A stretch of 64,000 bases of DNA. It comes from an uncultured Collinsella sp. Its GTDB lineage: Bacteria; Actinomycetota; Coriobacteriia; Coriobacteriales; Coriobacteriaceae. Positions 56,095 through 64,000 of this stretch are shown here, one piece after another. The translations under genes were made by a program, and so were the position numbers. Position 1 is the first letter of the stretch. Each line of letters opens with the position of its first letter. The notes below the pieces were generated by a model. That model did no database searches, was not told where the DNA came from, and worked only from the letters and a program-made list of their open reading frames with translations. The stretch is from the NCBI GenBank assembly GCA_958429345.1, contig CAUAJK010000004.1, positions 14,781 to 78,780 of the forward strand, written 5' to 3'.

Positions 56095-58344
56095 CTAGAA
56101 GTTGGCGTCGTTGAGTTGTTCACTCTCGAGGCCGTCGAGCTGTTGCTGTTCGGGCATATCTGCGACGCTCTCGAGCAGCTCGGTGGGGTCGATGTTCATG
56201 TCCCTACCGGCCTCGTTGCCGTTGACCAAGTCGTCCGAGAAGATGTCGACTTCCATTTCCTCGGCCTCTTCAATCTGAACCTCGAGCGGCACCTGGGTGC
56301 GCACGAGCTTAACGGCCGGGCGCATGCGGGCAAACAGCGGCACGTACTCGATGATGATGGCCGAGTTCTCAAGACCGTACCAGCGTGCCGGGCTTCCGCA
56401 GGCGCGGCGGACGGCGTACTTGATGGCCATCACGCGGTGGTCATTGCGGTTGATGTCCGTTTCGGGGGCGAGCATCTTGCGCAGCATGCAAAAACGGAAG
56501 TCGCCCACGTTGCCGCGCGTCTCGTAGATGGAGTAGGTGTGGTGCTGCGGCGGCAGCTCACCCGAAGCCATCAGGTCGCCGACGATCTGACGCAGATAGG
56601 CGTTGACGCGCTGGTTGACCTTAAAGCCCAGGTCCAGGCGAACGCGGAAGAGGAAGTCCGTGCCAAAGGTCTCGACGGAATACTCGTGCGTATAGGGCTC
56701 GTCGGTGACATGCACGTTAATGAACCAATACGCCTTGGCGCGCTTGGGATGTTTATCCAGGATGGAATAGAGCACGTCGCGGTCGAGCGTGAGCGGATCG
56801 GGGCTGTTGGTGAGAAACACCAGGTTGTCGGCGAGCACGGGATAGGTCTCGTCGTTGCGCAGACGGTTGAGCTGATCGATGTACTTGGAGACGGGTAACA
56901 GAATCGTCTGCGTGCGCTCGATGGCGGTGCCACGGCGCCACACGTACATAAGGCCAAACAGCAGTGCGGCCAGGAAGATCATGACGTAGCCGCCGTCAAA
57001 GAACATGGTGAGGCACGAAGCGAAGAAGCACAGCTCAATGGCACCAAAGAGCAGGGCAAAGATGCAGGCGCCCAGCTTGTGCTTGAGGATGCCGGTGATA
57101 TAGCTCGTCAAAAGCGTCGTGGTCATGAGCATGGTCACGGTGATGGCGAGGCCATAGGCACTCTCCATGCGCTCGGAGTTTTGGAACAGCAGCACGATGA
57201 AGATACAGCCGACCCACATGATGTTATTGACGAGCGGAATATAGAGCTGACCCTTGGTGTCGCTGGGGTAGTGGATGCGCAGGTGCGGCATAAGGTTGAG
57301 GCGCGTTGCCTCGGATACCAGCGAGAATGAGCCGGTGATGAGGGCCTGCGAGGCGATGATGGCCGCCACGGCCGAAAGCACGATGGCAAAGGGGCGCAGG
57401 GGCTCGGGAAGCATCATATAGAACGGGTTAACGATATCCATCGCGAGCATCTGGGGGTTGGAGTTATTGGCGAGCAGCCAAGCTCCCTGACCCAGGTAGT
57501 TAAGGATAAGCGCTGCCTTAACAAACGGCCAGGATGCATAGATGTTGGCCTTGCCCACGTGGCCCATGTCCGAGTAGAGGGCCTCGGCGCCGGTCGTCGA
57601 CAGGAAGACGAAGCCGAGCACCATGATGCCCGAGTGGTTGATGGGCGAGAACAGGAACATGATGCCGCGGATGGGGTTGAGCGCGCGTAGGATGGACAGA
57701 TTGCCGAGCATGTTGAACAGGCCGGCGCCCGCCAGGAACAGGAACCACAGCGTCATGAGCGGGCCGAAGAGCTTGCCGATTGACGAGGTGCCGGCGCGCT
57801 GCATGGCAAACAGACCGCAGATAATGATGATGGTGATGATGATCACATTGGTCTGACCGTCACCCAATAGTGCGTGGCCCCACTCGATGGTACGCAGGCC
57901 CTCAATGGCTGTGGTGACCGTGACCGCGGGGGTGAGGATGCCGTCGGCGAGCAGCGCCGCGCCGCCGATCATGGCGGGGAGAATCAGCCATGGCGCCACC
58001 TTGCGCACGAGACTGAACAGGGCGAAGATGCCGCCTTCGTTGTGGTTGTCGGCCTTCATGGCGATTACCACGTACTTGACCGTGGTCACGAGCGTCATGG
58101 TCCAGATGACGAGCGAAAGCGCGCCCAGGATCATGTCCTCGCTGACGGTACCGATGCCGCCGTTGTTGGCGACGATTGATTTCATGGTGTACATGGGGCT
58201 CGTGCCGATGTCGCCATAGACGACGCCGAGCGTTACGAGCAGCATGCCAGCGGAGAGGGGGATGGCTCCGTGCCCGCCTTGCCCGCGCTGGTCTTGGAGG
58301 TTTGCCTCCAGTTTATTGTGTGCCACGAGGACTCCCTTAGACAT
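56095..58344 (-). CDS. kup: KUP/HAK/KT family potassium transporter
   Basis: Signature LGVVYGDIGTSPMYT, a 12-TM core and a long cytoplasmic C-terminal domain. Confidence 0.9.
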   Translation of the reverse strand: MSKGVLVAHNKLEANLQDQRGQGGHGAIPLSAGMLLVTLGVVYGDIGTSPMYTMKSIVANNGGIGTVSEDMILGALSLVIWTMTLVTTVKYVVIAMKADNHNEGGIFALFSLVRKVAPWLILPAMIGGAALLADGILTPAVTVTTAIEGLRTIEWGHALLGDGQTNVIIITIIIICGLFAMQRAGTSSIGKLFGPLMTLWFLFLAGAGLFNMLGNLSILRALNPIRGIMFLFSPINHSGIMVLGFVFLSTTGAEALYSDMGHVGKANIYASWPFVKAALILNYLGQGAWLLANNSNPQMLAMDIVNPFYMMLPEPLRPFAIVLSAVAAIIASQALITGSFSLVSEATRLNLMPHLRIHYPSDTKGQLYIPLVNNIMWVGCIFIVLLFQNSERMESAYGLAITVTMLMTTTLLTSYITGILKHKLGACIFALLFGAIELCFFASCLTMFFDGGYVMIFLAALLFGLMYVWRRGTAIERTQTILLPVSKYIDQLNRLRNDETYPVLADNLVFLTNSPDPLTLDRDVLYSILDKHPKRAKAYWFINVHVTDEPYTHEYSVETFGTDFLFRVRLDLGFKVNQRVNAYLRQIVGDLMASGELPPQHHTYSIYETRGNVGDFRFCMLRKMLAPETDINRNDHRVMAIKYAVRRACGSPARWYGLENSAIIIEYVPLFARMRPAVKLVRTQVPLEVQIEEAEEMEVDIFSDDLVNGNEAGRDMNIDPTELLESVADMPEQQQLDGLESEQLNDANF

Positions 58345-58482
58345 CCGGTTATCTGTCTAGGACAAAAAACTTTATGCCGTCTTTATACATACAAGAGCAG
58401 TTTGGCACATCGGGTTATTTTAGACAATAATCCTCAGCTGGGGATTATTTATCTACGCAGGTAGCATTTCAAAGCAGGGCTT

Positions 58483-59394
58483 TTAAGCACGTACTGTCTG
58501 GGCGATGCCAGCCTTGGCGTTTGCGCGTTTGCCGGCGAGTTCGCAAAAAATCGCGCCGCCGATGATAAGCGCGGCGCCCATCAGGCGGACCGGTGTTATG
58601 GCTTCGCCCAAAAGGACGGCCGAGAACACGACGGCCGAAAGCGGCTCGAGGTAGCCGACGACCGCGACGGTCTGGACGGGCAGCTTGGCGACGGCACTAA
58701 AGTAGAGCAGGCAACCGATGCCGGTGTTGATGACGCCGAGCATGACGACGGCGCGCCAATCAATACTGGCGGCGACGCCGGCGGACAGGAATGAGGGGGC
58801 GCCCTGCGTGATGAGCGTGAGGACCAGCGCGGTCACAAAGGCGGCGCTCACCTGGAGCGTGGAGTTCTCGAGGCCTTCGATGTGCGGCGCACCCTTGCTA
58901 GCGATGACCATCAGCGCATAGCAAAATGCCGAGGCGATACCGCAGACAATACCCGCAATGGGCATATTGCCGCCTAGACCTTGTTCTGCAATGAGAAAAG
59001 CACCGCAGGCGACGGCGATAAACCCGGCGATTTTGCCGCCGGTCAGTTTTTCACCAAAGATGAGTGGGGAGAGCGCCATAACGATGATGGGGCCACAGTA
59101 GTACAGCAGCGAGGATACGCCGACGCCGATCGTCTGGTAGGCGCGGAACAGAAAAATCCAGCTGGCGCCCAGCGCGGCTCCCGAGAGAAGGAGTGCTGCG
59201 GCTTCGCGGGGACGAGATGGCGCCTGCAGTTTATGGCGTTGGGTGATGGCAAGGATAGTGACAAGCGAGAGGGCGCCCAAAAACGTGCGCAGTAGCACGA
59301 TATCGGAGCTCGGCAGTGCGATGGCGGCGGCGATGATGCCGTTGGAGCCAAACAATAGCAATGCTGCTAAGTACGTAAACAGTCCGTTGTTCAT
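58483..59394 (-). CDS. EamA/DMT family transporter
   Basis: Ten-TM, two-EamA-repeat profile. Divergent from a LysR regulator gene. Confidence 0.75.
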   Translation of the reverse strand: MNNGLFTYLAALLLFGSNGIIAAAIALPSSDIVLLRTFLGALSLVTILAITQRHKLQAPSRPREAAALLLSGAALGASWIFLFRAYQTIGVGVSSLLYYCGPIIVMALSPLIFGEKLTGGKIAGFIAVACGAFLIAEQGLGGNMPIAGIVCGIASAFCYALMVIASKGAPHIEGLENSTLQVSAAFVTALVLTLITQGAPSFLSAGVAASIDWRAVVMLGVINTGIGCLLYFSAVAKLPVQTVAVVGYLEPLSAVVFSAVLLGEAITPVRLMGAALIIGGAIFCELAGKRANAKAGIAQTVRA

Positions 59395-59512
59395 GCGCTG
59401 ACATCCCCTCTATATCCGAACAAGTTCACTATGGGTGAACTGGCTTTAGAAGAAAAGCGAATATAATGCATAGTTAACATGACAAAAACTCATGCATAGG
59501 TGGAGGCGCCTC

Positions 59513-60370
59513 GTGGAAACGAATATTCAAAAGATGCAGGTGCTGCTGGAGACGGTGCGCGCCGGAAGCTTTACGCGTGCTGCCGAGCGGCTGAGCTATT
59601 CGCAGTCGGGCGTGAGCCGTATGGTGGCCGATCTTGAGGCCGATTGGGGCTTTAAGGTGCTCGACCGCAGTCGCGAGGGCGTAGTGCTTTCTGCCGACGG
59701 GCGGCAGGTCATGCCGGCTGTCGAGGCGCTCTGTGAGGAATTCACTCGCTTGCAGCGACGGGTGGATGAGATGCGCGGGCTCATGCGCGGCAAAATCTGC
59801 ATCGGTACGTTTTCGAGTGTGGCGACCCACGTGCTGCCGCCAGTGATTGCGCGCTTTCGCGCCGATTACCCGGACGTCGATTACGAGTTGCTGATGGGCG
59901 ATTACTCAGAGATTGAACAATGGGTGTCAGAGGGCCGCTGCGATCTGGGCTTTATCCCGCATGAGCCCCGAGAAAACGGCATGGCATCGCGGCCTTTGGT
60001 GCGCGACGAGTTGATGGCGGTAGTGCCGGCAGGCTCTTTGCTTGCCACGGCGGAGGCCGTCTCTCTTTCCGATTTGGCTAACGAGCAGTTTATTCTGCTA
60101 GAACGCGGCACCGATGACGAGATTACGCCGCTGTTTCGCCGCGCGGGCCTGGCGGTGCGCTCTAAGCTGTCGACTTGGGATGACTATGCGATTATGGCTA
60201 TGGTCGAGGACGGCTTGGGCGTGAGCATTCTTCCCGCGCTCATCTTGCGCCGCTGTCAGTTCGATGTTGCCGTGCGACCACTCGAGGGACATCCCCATCG
60301 GCAGATCAATGCGATATATCGCACGGCTGACGTTTCGCTTGCCGCCGCTCGATTCCTTGAATACCTCTAA
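59513..60370 (+). CDS. LysR family transcriptional regulator
   Basis: HTH GSFTRAAERLSYSQSGVSRMVADLE. GTG start 6 nt after GGTGGAGG. Inverted repeat AGTTCAC-N5-GTGAACT lies in the divergent promoter region. Confidence 0.8.
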   Translation: METNIQKMQVLLETVRAGSFTRAAERLSYSQSGVSRMVADLEADWGFKVLDRSREGVVLSADGRQVMPAVEALCEEFTRLQRRVDEMRGLMRGKICIGTFSSVATHVLPPVIARFRADYPDVDYELLMGDYSEIEQWVSEGRCDLGFIPHEPRENGMASRPLVRDELMAVVPAGSLLATAEAVSLSDLANEQFILLERGTDDEITPLFRRAGLAVRSKLSTWDDYAIMAMVEDGLGVSILPALILRRCQFDVAVRPLEGHPHRQINAIYRTADVSLAAARFLEYL

Positions 60371-60428
60371 ACGTGTGCACGTCATTGTCCGCTTTGGGCA
60401 AAACTCGGAGTTCCGTACGTTTTCTTAT

Positions 60429-60514
60429 GAAATTGAACTTTCGAATGAGGTACGGCGCTATACTGCTTGCTAAATTGAACCTTGGTTCAATTCGTGTTCT
60501 ATAAATTGAACTTT
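60429..60514. promoter_or_regulatory. Three AAATTGAAC boxes, including the perfect palindrome AATTGAACC-TT-GGTTCAATT
   Basis: Boxes at 60429-60441, 60472-60492 (palindrome) and 60503-60514. TATACT -10-like hexamer at 60459-60464. All lie directly upstream of the HTH-aminotransferase gene. Confidence 0.5.
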
Positions 60515-60532
60515 GCCAGCAAGGAGGTTCCT

Positions 60533-62053
60533 GTGGCCCAAGAGACGTTTTGCGATCGCCTGCGACAGACTATGTCCAATCGCGACGTTCGCCAGTCGGA
60601 CGTAATCCGCGCATCGGAGATGCTCGGCAAAAAACTCGGCAAGAGTCAGATGAGCCAATATGTGAGCGGCAAGACGATCCCGCGGCGCGATGTGGCTGAG
60701 CTGCTCGCCCGGATTTTGGAGGTCGATGTTACCTGGCTGCTTGCCGGCGACGCCGATCAAGGCGAGGCATCATCACCCCGCAACGATTCCAAGCCCGAAC
60801 CCCATCCCTCAGCTCAAATTGCAAGGAGCACCACCATGCGTACTTTTTCTAAATCCACCAAACTCGACAACGTCCTGTATGACGTGCGCGGTCCCGTCGT
60901 CGACGAGGCCGCCCGTATGGAGGACGAGGGCGAGCGCATCCTCAAGCTCAATATCGGCAACCCGGCGCCCTTCGGTTTCCGCACGCCCGATGAGGTCATC
61001 AAGGACATGCGCCAGCAGCTGCCCGACTGCGAAGGCTATTCCAACTCGCGTGGCCTGTTCTCCGCGCGCAAGGCGATCATGCAGTATTCGCAGATCAAGG
61101 GCCTGCCCAACGTTCAGATGGAGCATATCTACACGGGCAACGGTGTGTCCGAGCTCATTCAGCTTTCGATGAACGCGCTGCTCGACAACGGCGACGAGAT
61201 TCTGATCCCCAGCCCCGACTATCCGCTCTGGACGGCGTGCGCAACCCTTGCCGGCGGTCATCCCGTACATTATCTGTGTGATGAGCAGGCGGATTGGTAT
61301 CCCGACTTGGAGGATATGGAGTCCAAGATTACGAGCGCGACCAAAGCTCTCGTCATCATCAACCCCAACAACCCCACGGGGTCCGTCTATCCGCGCGAGG
61401 TGCTCGAGGGCATCGTCGAGATTGCACGCAAGCATCAGCTGATGATCTTTGCCGATGAGATCTACGACCGCCTGTGCATGGACGGCTACGAGCACGTCTC
61501 GATTGCCTCGCTCGCCCCCGACCTGCCCTGCGTCACCTTTAGCGGCCTTTCCAAGTCGCACATGATCGCGGGCTATCGTATTGGCTGGATGGTGCTTTCG
61601 GGCAACCAGCGCTGCATGAGCGACTTCATCATGGGCGTCAACATGCTCTCTAACATGCGCCTGTGCTCCAACGTGCCGGCCCAGTCGATCGTTCAGACGG
61701 CACTCGGTGGCCATCAGTCCGTCAACGACTACATCCGTCCCGGTGGCCGTGTCTACGAGCAGCGCAACTTTGTGTATGAGGCGCTCAACAAGATTGACGG
61801 CATCTCGGTGGTTAAGCCGCGTGCGGCGTTCTACATCTTCCCCAAGATGGATGTGAAGAAGTTCAACATCACCGATGACGAGCAGTTCGCCCTTGACCTG
61901 CTGCACGAGAAGAAGATCCTGATCACGCGTGGCGGCGGCTTCAACTGGGCCGAGCCCGACCACTTCCGTATCGTGTACCTGCCGCGCATGGAAGTACTCA
62001 AAGAGTCCCTCGAAGACCTCGCCGACTTCTTTGACCATTACCGCCAGTCGTAG
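60533..62053 (+). CDS. XRE-type HTH domain fused to an AlaA-like class I/II aminotransferase
   Basis: N-terminal HTH_3-like FCDRLRQTMSNRDVRQSDVIRASEMLGKKLGKSQMSQYVSG, an acidic/Pro linker, then MRTFSKSTKLDNVLYDVRGPV...LNIGNPAPFGF...SGLSKSHMIAGYRIGW. An internal ATG at 60836 with its own AAGGAG could also yield the enzyme alone. Confidence 0.75.
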   Translation: MAQETFCDRLRQTMSNRDVRQSDVIRASEMLGKKLGKSQMSQYVSGKTIPRRDVAELLARILEVDVTWLLAGDADQGEASSPRNDSKPEPHPSAQIARSTTMRTFSKSTKLDNVLYDVRGPVVDEAARMEDEGERILKLNIGNPAPFGFRTPDEVIKDMRQQLPDCEGYSNSRGLFSARKAIMQYSQIKGLPNVQMEHIYTGNGVSELIQLSMNALLDNGDEILIPSPDYPLWTACATLAGGHPVHYLCDEQADWYPDLEDMESKITSATKALVIINPNNPTGSVYPREVLEGIVEIARKHQLMIFADEIYDRLCMDGYEHVSIASLAPDLPCVTFSGLSKSHMIAGYRIGWMVLSGNQRCMSDFIMGVNMLSNMRLCSNVPAQSIVQTALGGHQSVNDYIRPGGRVYEQRNFVYEALNKIDGISVVKPRAAFYIFPKMDVKKFNITDDEQFALDLLHEKKILITRGGGFNWAEPDHFRIVYLPRMEVLKESLEDLADFFDHYRQS

Positions 62054-62127
62054 GGGATAGAAACTCCGCACTATGAAAAGCTCCCTGCAGTTGTTTTGCT
62101 GCAGGGAGCTTTCTTGAATCGGCGGAA

Positions 62128-62538
62128 CTAAATAACAATCCCGTTGCAGTGGTCGATTTCGTGCCGGATGATCTCGGCGGTGTAGCCCGAGAAGTTTTTG
62201 ATGCGGTGGACGAAGTTCTCGTCCAAATACTCCACCTTAATGCGGCGATAGCGGGTACAGGGACGCTCGCCGATCAGCGAGAGACATCCTTCGCTCGTCT
62301 GATAGGCATTGACCTGCTCAAGAATTTGAGGGTTGTACATCAGGAGTGTCCTGTTGCCGTCCTTTACGCAGATGATGCGTTTGCGCACGCCAATCATGTT
62401 GGCGGCGAGGCCCACGCACTCGTGCTCATGCTCGTGGAGTGTATCCAGGAGGTCCTGCCCGGTCGCGGCATCGTCGGGTCCCGCGTCTTCGGAAGGCAGG
62501 CGCAAAAAGAACTCGGATTTCATGATGGGCTTAATCAT
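62128..62538 (-). CDS. def: Short (136 aa) peptide deformylase family protein
   Basis: GLAANMIG, EGCLSL and RHEIDHCNG motifs. RBS GAGGAG precedes the ATG at 62538. Confidence 0.8.
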   Translation of the reverse strand: MIKPIMKSEFFLRLPSEDAGPDDAATGQDLLDTLHEHEHECVGLAANMIGVRKRIICVKDGNRTLLMYNPQILEQVNAYQTSEGCLSLIGERPCTRYRRIKVEYLDENFVHRIKNFSGYTAEIIRHEIDHCNGIVI

Positions 62539-62743
62539 GGCGGGCTCCTCATGTCTCATGCTTTCGTGGACTTTTAATAATAGCGCGGAAGGAAAGCTGT
62601 GCGTCCGCGTTACAATCTTTCGACGTTGGACCATGTTGTCAGACTCGTCGTGTACGGCGTCTGGCGTAAGTCTAGGGCTCATTTTTCGCCCTGGACTGTT
62701 CCTCTGGGGCGATGCAACTGTCGTTCCAAGAGGAAGGAAATGC

Positions 62744-64000
62744 ATGGGGAGCAAATCTCAGCAACAAGTTCAAGTAACGCCATCGGCCACTGCGGCGCTT
62801 CTCGTCGTTATGTATATTGCGGCCTTTGTTGCCGCGTTTAACGAGAACATCATTAACGTGGCGTTGCACGACATTATGGCGGCCTTTTCGGTGAGTGCCA
62901 CCACGGCGCAGTGGCTCGTCTCGGGCTACATGATTGTGACGTCGATCTTTACGGCCATCATGGCCTTCCTGTCCGGCCGTTTCTCGACGCGCAAGCTGTT
63001 GTTTTTCGCATGCGGATGTATGGTCGCCGGCGAAGTCCTGTGTCTGATCGCTCCGTCGTTTAGCGTTTTGCTGCCAAGTCGTATTTTACAGGCTGCGGGA
63101 TCGGGCATCTTGTTTCCGCTCATGATGAACGTGGTGCTGTCTTGCGCCCCGCGCGAGAAGCTCGGTCTGTATCTGAGCCTGGGTGGTGCCTGCATTACGC
63201 TAGGGCCGGCGTTTGGACCTGTGATCAGCGGTCTTATGTGCACGTTGTTTGGCTGGAGGGCGGTGTTCGTAGTGCCGCTGGTGGCCGGCATTGTGGTCGC
63301 TGCGGCGGGCGTAAAGCTTGTTCAGAATGTCGGAGAGCGCTCGAACACCACGCTTGATATTCTGTCGGTTGTTTTGCTCGCCGCCGGCATTACGGCATTT
63401 GTGTATTCCGTAGGCGAGTTCTCGACCAATCTGATTGCCGGCATCGTGACGCTTATCGCCGCCATTGTGCTGCTCGGCCTGTTTGCGGCCCGCCAGCTCA
63501 AACTCGAGCATCCGGTGCTTAACGTGCGTCCCATGGCGAGCGTTCGTTTTTGGCCTGCGTGCCTGCTTGTGGTGGTGTCGATGATGACGACGTTCTCGAT
63601 GAGCGTTTTGTTGCCGATCTATTTTGAGGGCGCATACGGCATGACCGCACTTGTTGCGGGCTTGCTCATTTTGCCGGCGATTGCCTGTAACGCCGTGACC
63701 TCGATTGTGGGCGGACGCGTGATGGACGCCCGTGGCGCATGGCCGCTGCTGCCGGTCGGCTTTGCCCTGATTGCCGTGGGGCAGACTGCCATCTCGATGA
63801 CGGCGGCGAGTATGAACATCGGCGTCGTTGTGGCGCTGACCGTTGTGGTGTATGCCGGAGTCGGTTTGGTGCTGAGCCCCTCGCAAACGGCCGGCTTGGA
63901 GACGCTGCCTGCCGCTGAGCATCCCCACGGAACGGCATTGCTTAACACGTGGAACATGATTGCCGCATCGTTTGGCCCGTCGCTGTTTATCGGTCTGCTC
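62744..64000 (+). CDS. MFS transporter (DHA2/EmrB-like), 3' end outside window
   Basis: My own translation from the ATG at 62744 stays open to the window end (419 codons). It reads MGSKSQQQVQVTPSATAALLVVMYIAAFVAAFNENIINVAL...ILQAAGSGILFPLMM. Absent from the ORF track because no stop is reached. Confidence 0.8.
   Translation, partial: MGSKSQQQVQVTPSATAALLVVMYIAAFVAAFNENIINVALHDIMAAFSVSATTAQWLVSGYMIVTSIFTAIMAFLSGRFSTRKLLFFACGCMVAGEVLCLIAPSFSVLLPSRILQAAGSGILFPLMMNVVLSCAPREKLGLYLSLGGACITLGPAFGPVISGLMCTLFGWRAVFVVPLVAGIVVAAAGVKLVQNVGERSNTTLDILSVVLLAAGITAFVYSVGEFSTNLIAGIVTLIAAIVLLGLFAARQLKLEHPVLNVRPMASVRFWPACLLVVVSMMTTFSMSVLLPIYFEGAYGMTALVAGLLILPAIACNAVTSIVGGRVMDARGAWPLLPVGFALIAVGQTAISMTAASMNIGVVVALTVVVYAGVGLVLSPSQTAGLETLPAAEHPHGTALLNTWNMIAASFGPSLFIGLL

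Overview
High-GC (~60%) chromosomal segment. Gene content and LAxTG sorting signals suggest an Actinomycetota genome, possibly a gut Coriobacteriia (inference only). I call about 57 protein genes on both strands, mostly housekeeping and transport. They include prfC, ung, rlmA, rsmJ, trmL, mscL, thiM-ykoF-thiE behind a clear TPP riboswitch, and yhhQ behind a candidate preQ1 riboswitch. Also present are kup, ClC and K+ channels, two NCS2 permeases, three EamA transporters (two of them divergently paired with LysR regulators), a GntR(YtrA)-ABC operon and MATE/MFS exporters. Other genes include a choloylglycine-hydrolase-type Ntn hydrolase, two GGDEF/EAL proteins and two tandem LAxTG surface proteins. 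I saw no rRNA, tRNA, CRISPR array, transposase or integrase. Six things stand out. (1) Both hybrid histidine kinases are interrupted by exactly one in-frame TAG each, although TAG is a normal stop in at least 12 genes here. (2) At least 11 short hairpins have unrelated stems but a shared GGGAC(A/G) loop core; all six simple copies carry GGGAC on the + strand regardless of gene direction. (3) Two near-identical copies of one such palindrome bracket a 4.95 kb three-gene segment (wHTH NTPase, UvrA paralog, inverted NTPase paralog) and supply the ATG-TGA ends of both flanking genes. (4) A 3 x ~80 bp array of 15-bp inverted repeats lies between the gntR operon and prfC. (5) A ~2 kb tandem duplication of a surface-protein gene retains a 45-bp relic of the neighbouring permease 3' end. 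(6) There is a deformylase paralog lacking the catalytic Glu and an XRE-HTH::aminotransferase fusion with AATTGAAC boxes upstream. All functional calls come from motif recognition in the translated ORFs; no database search was run.
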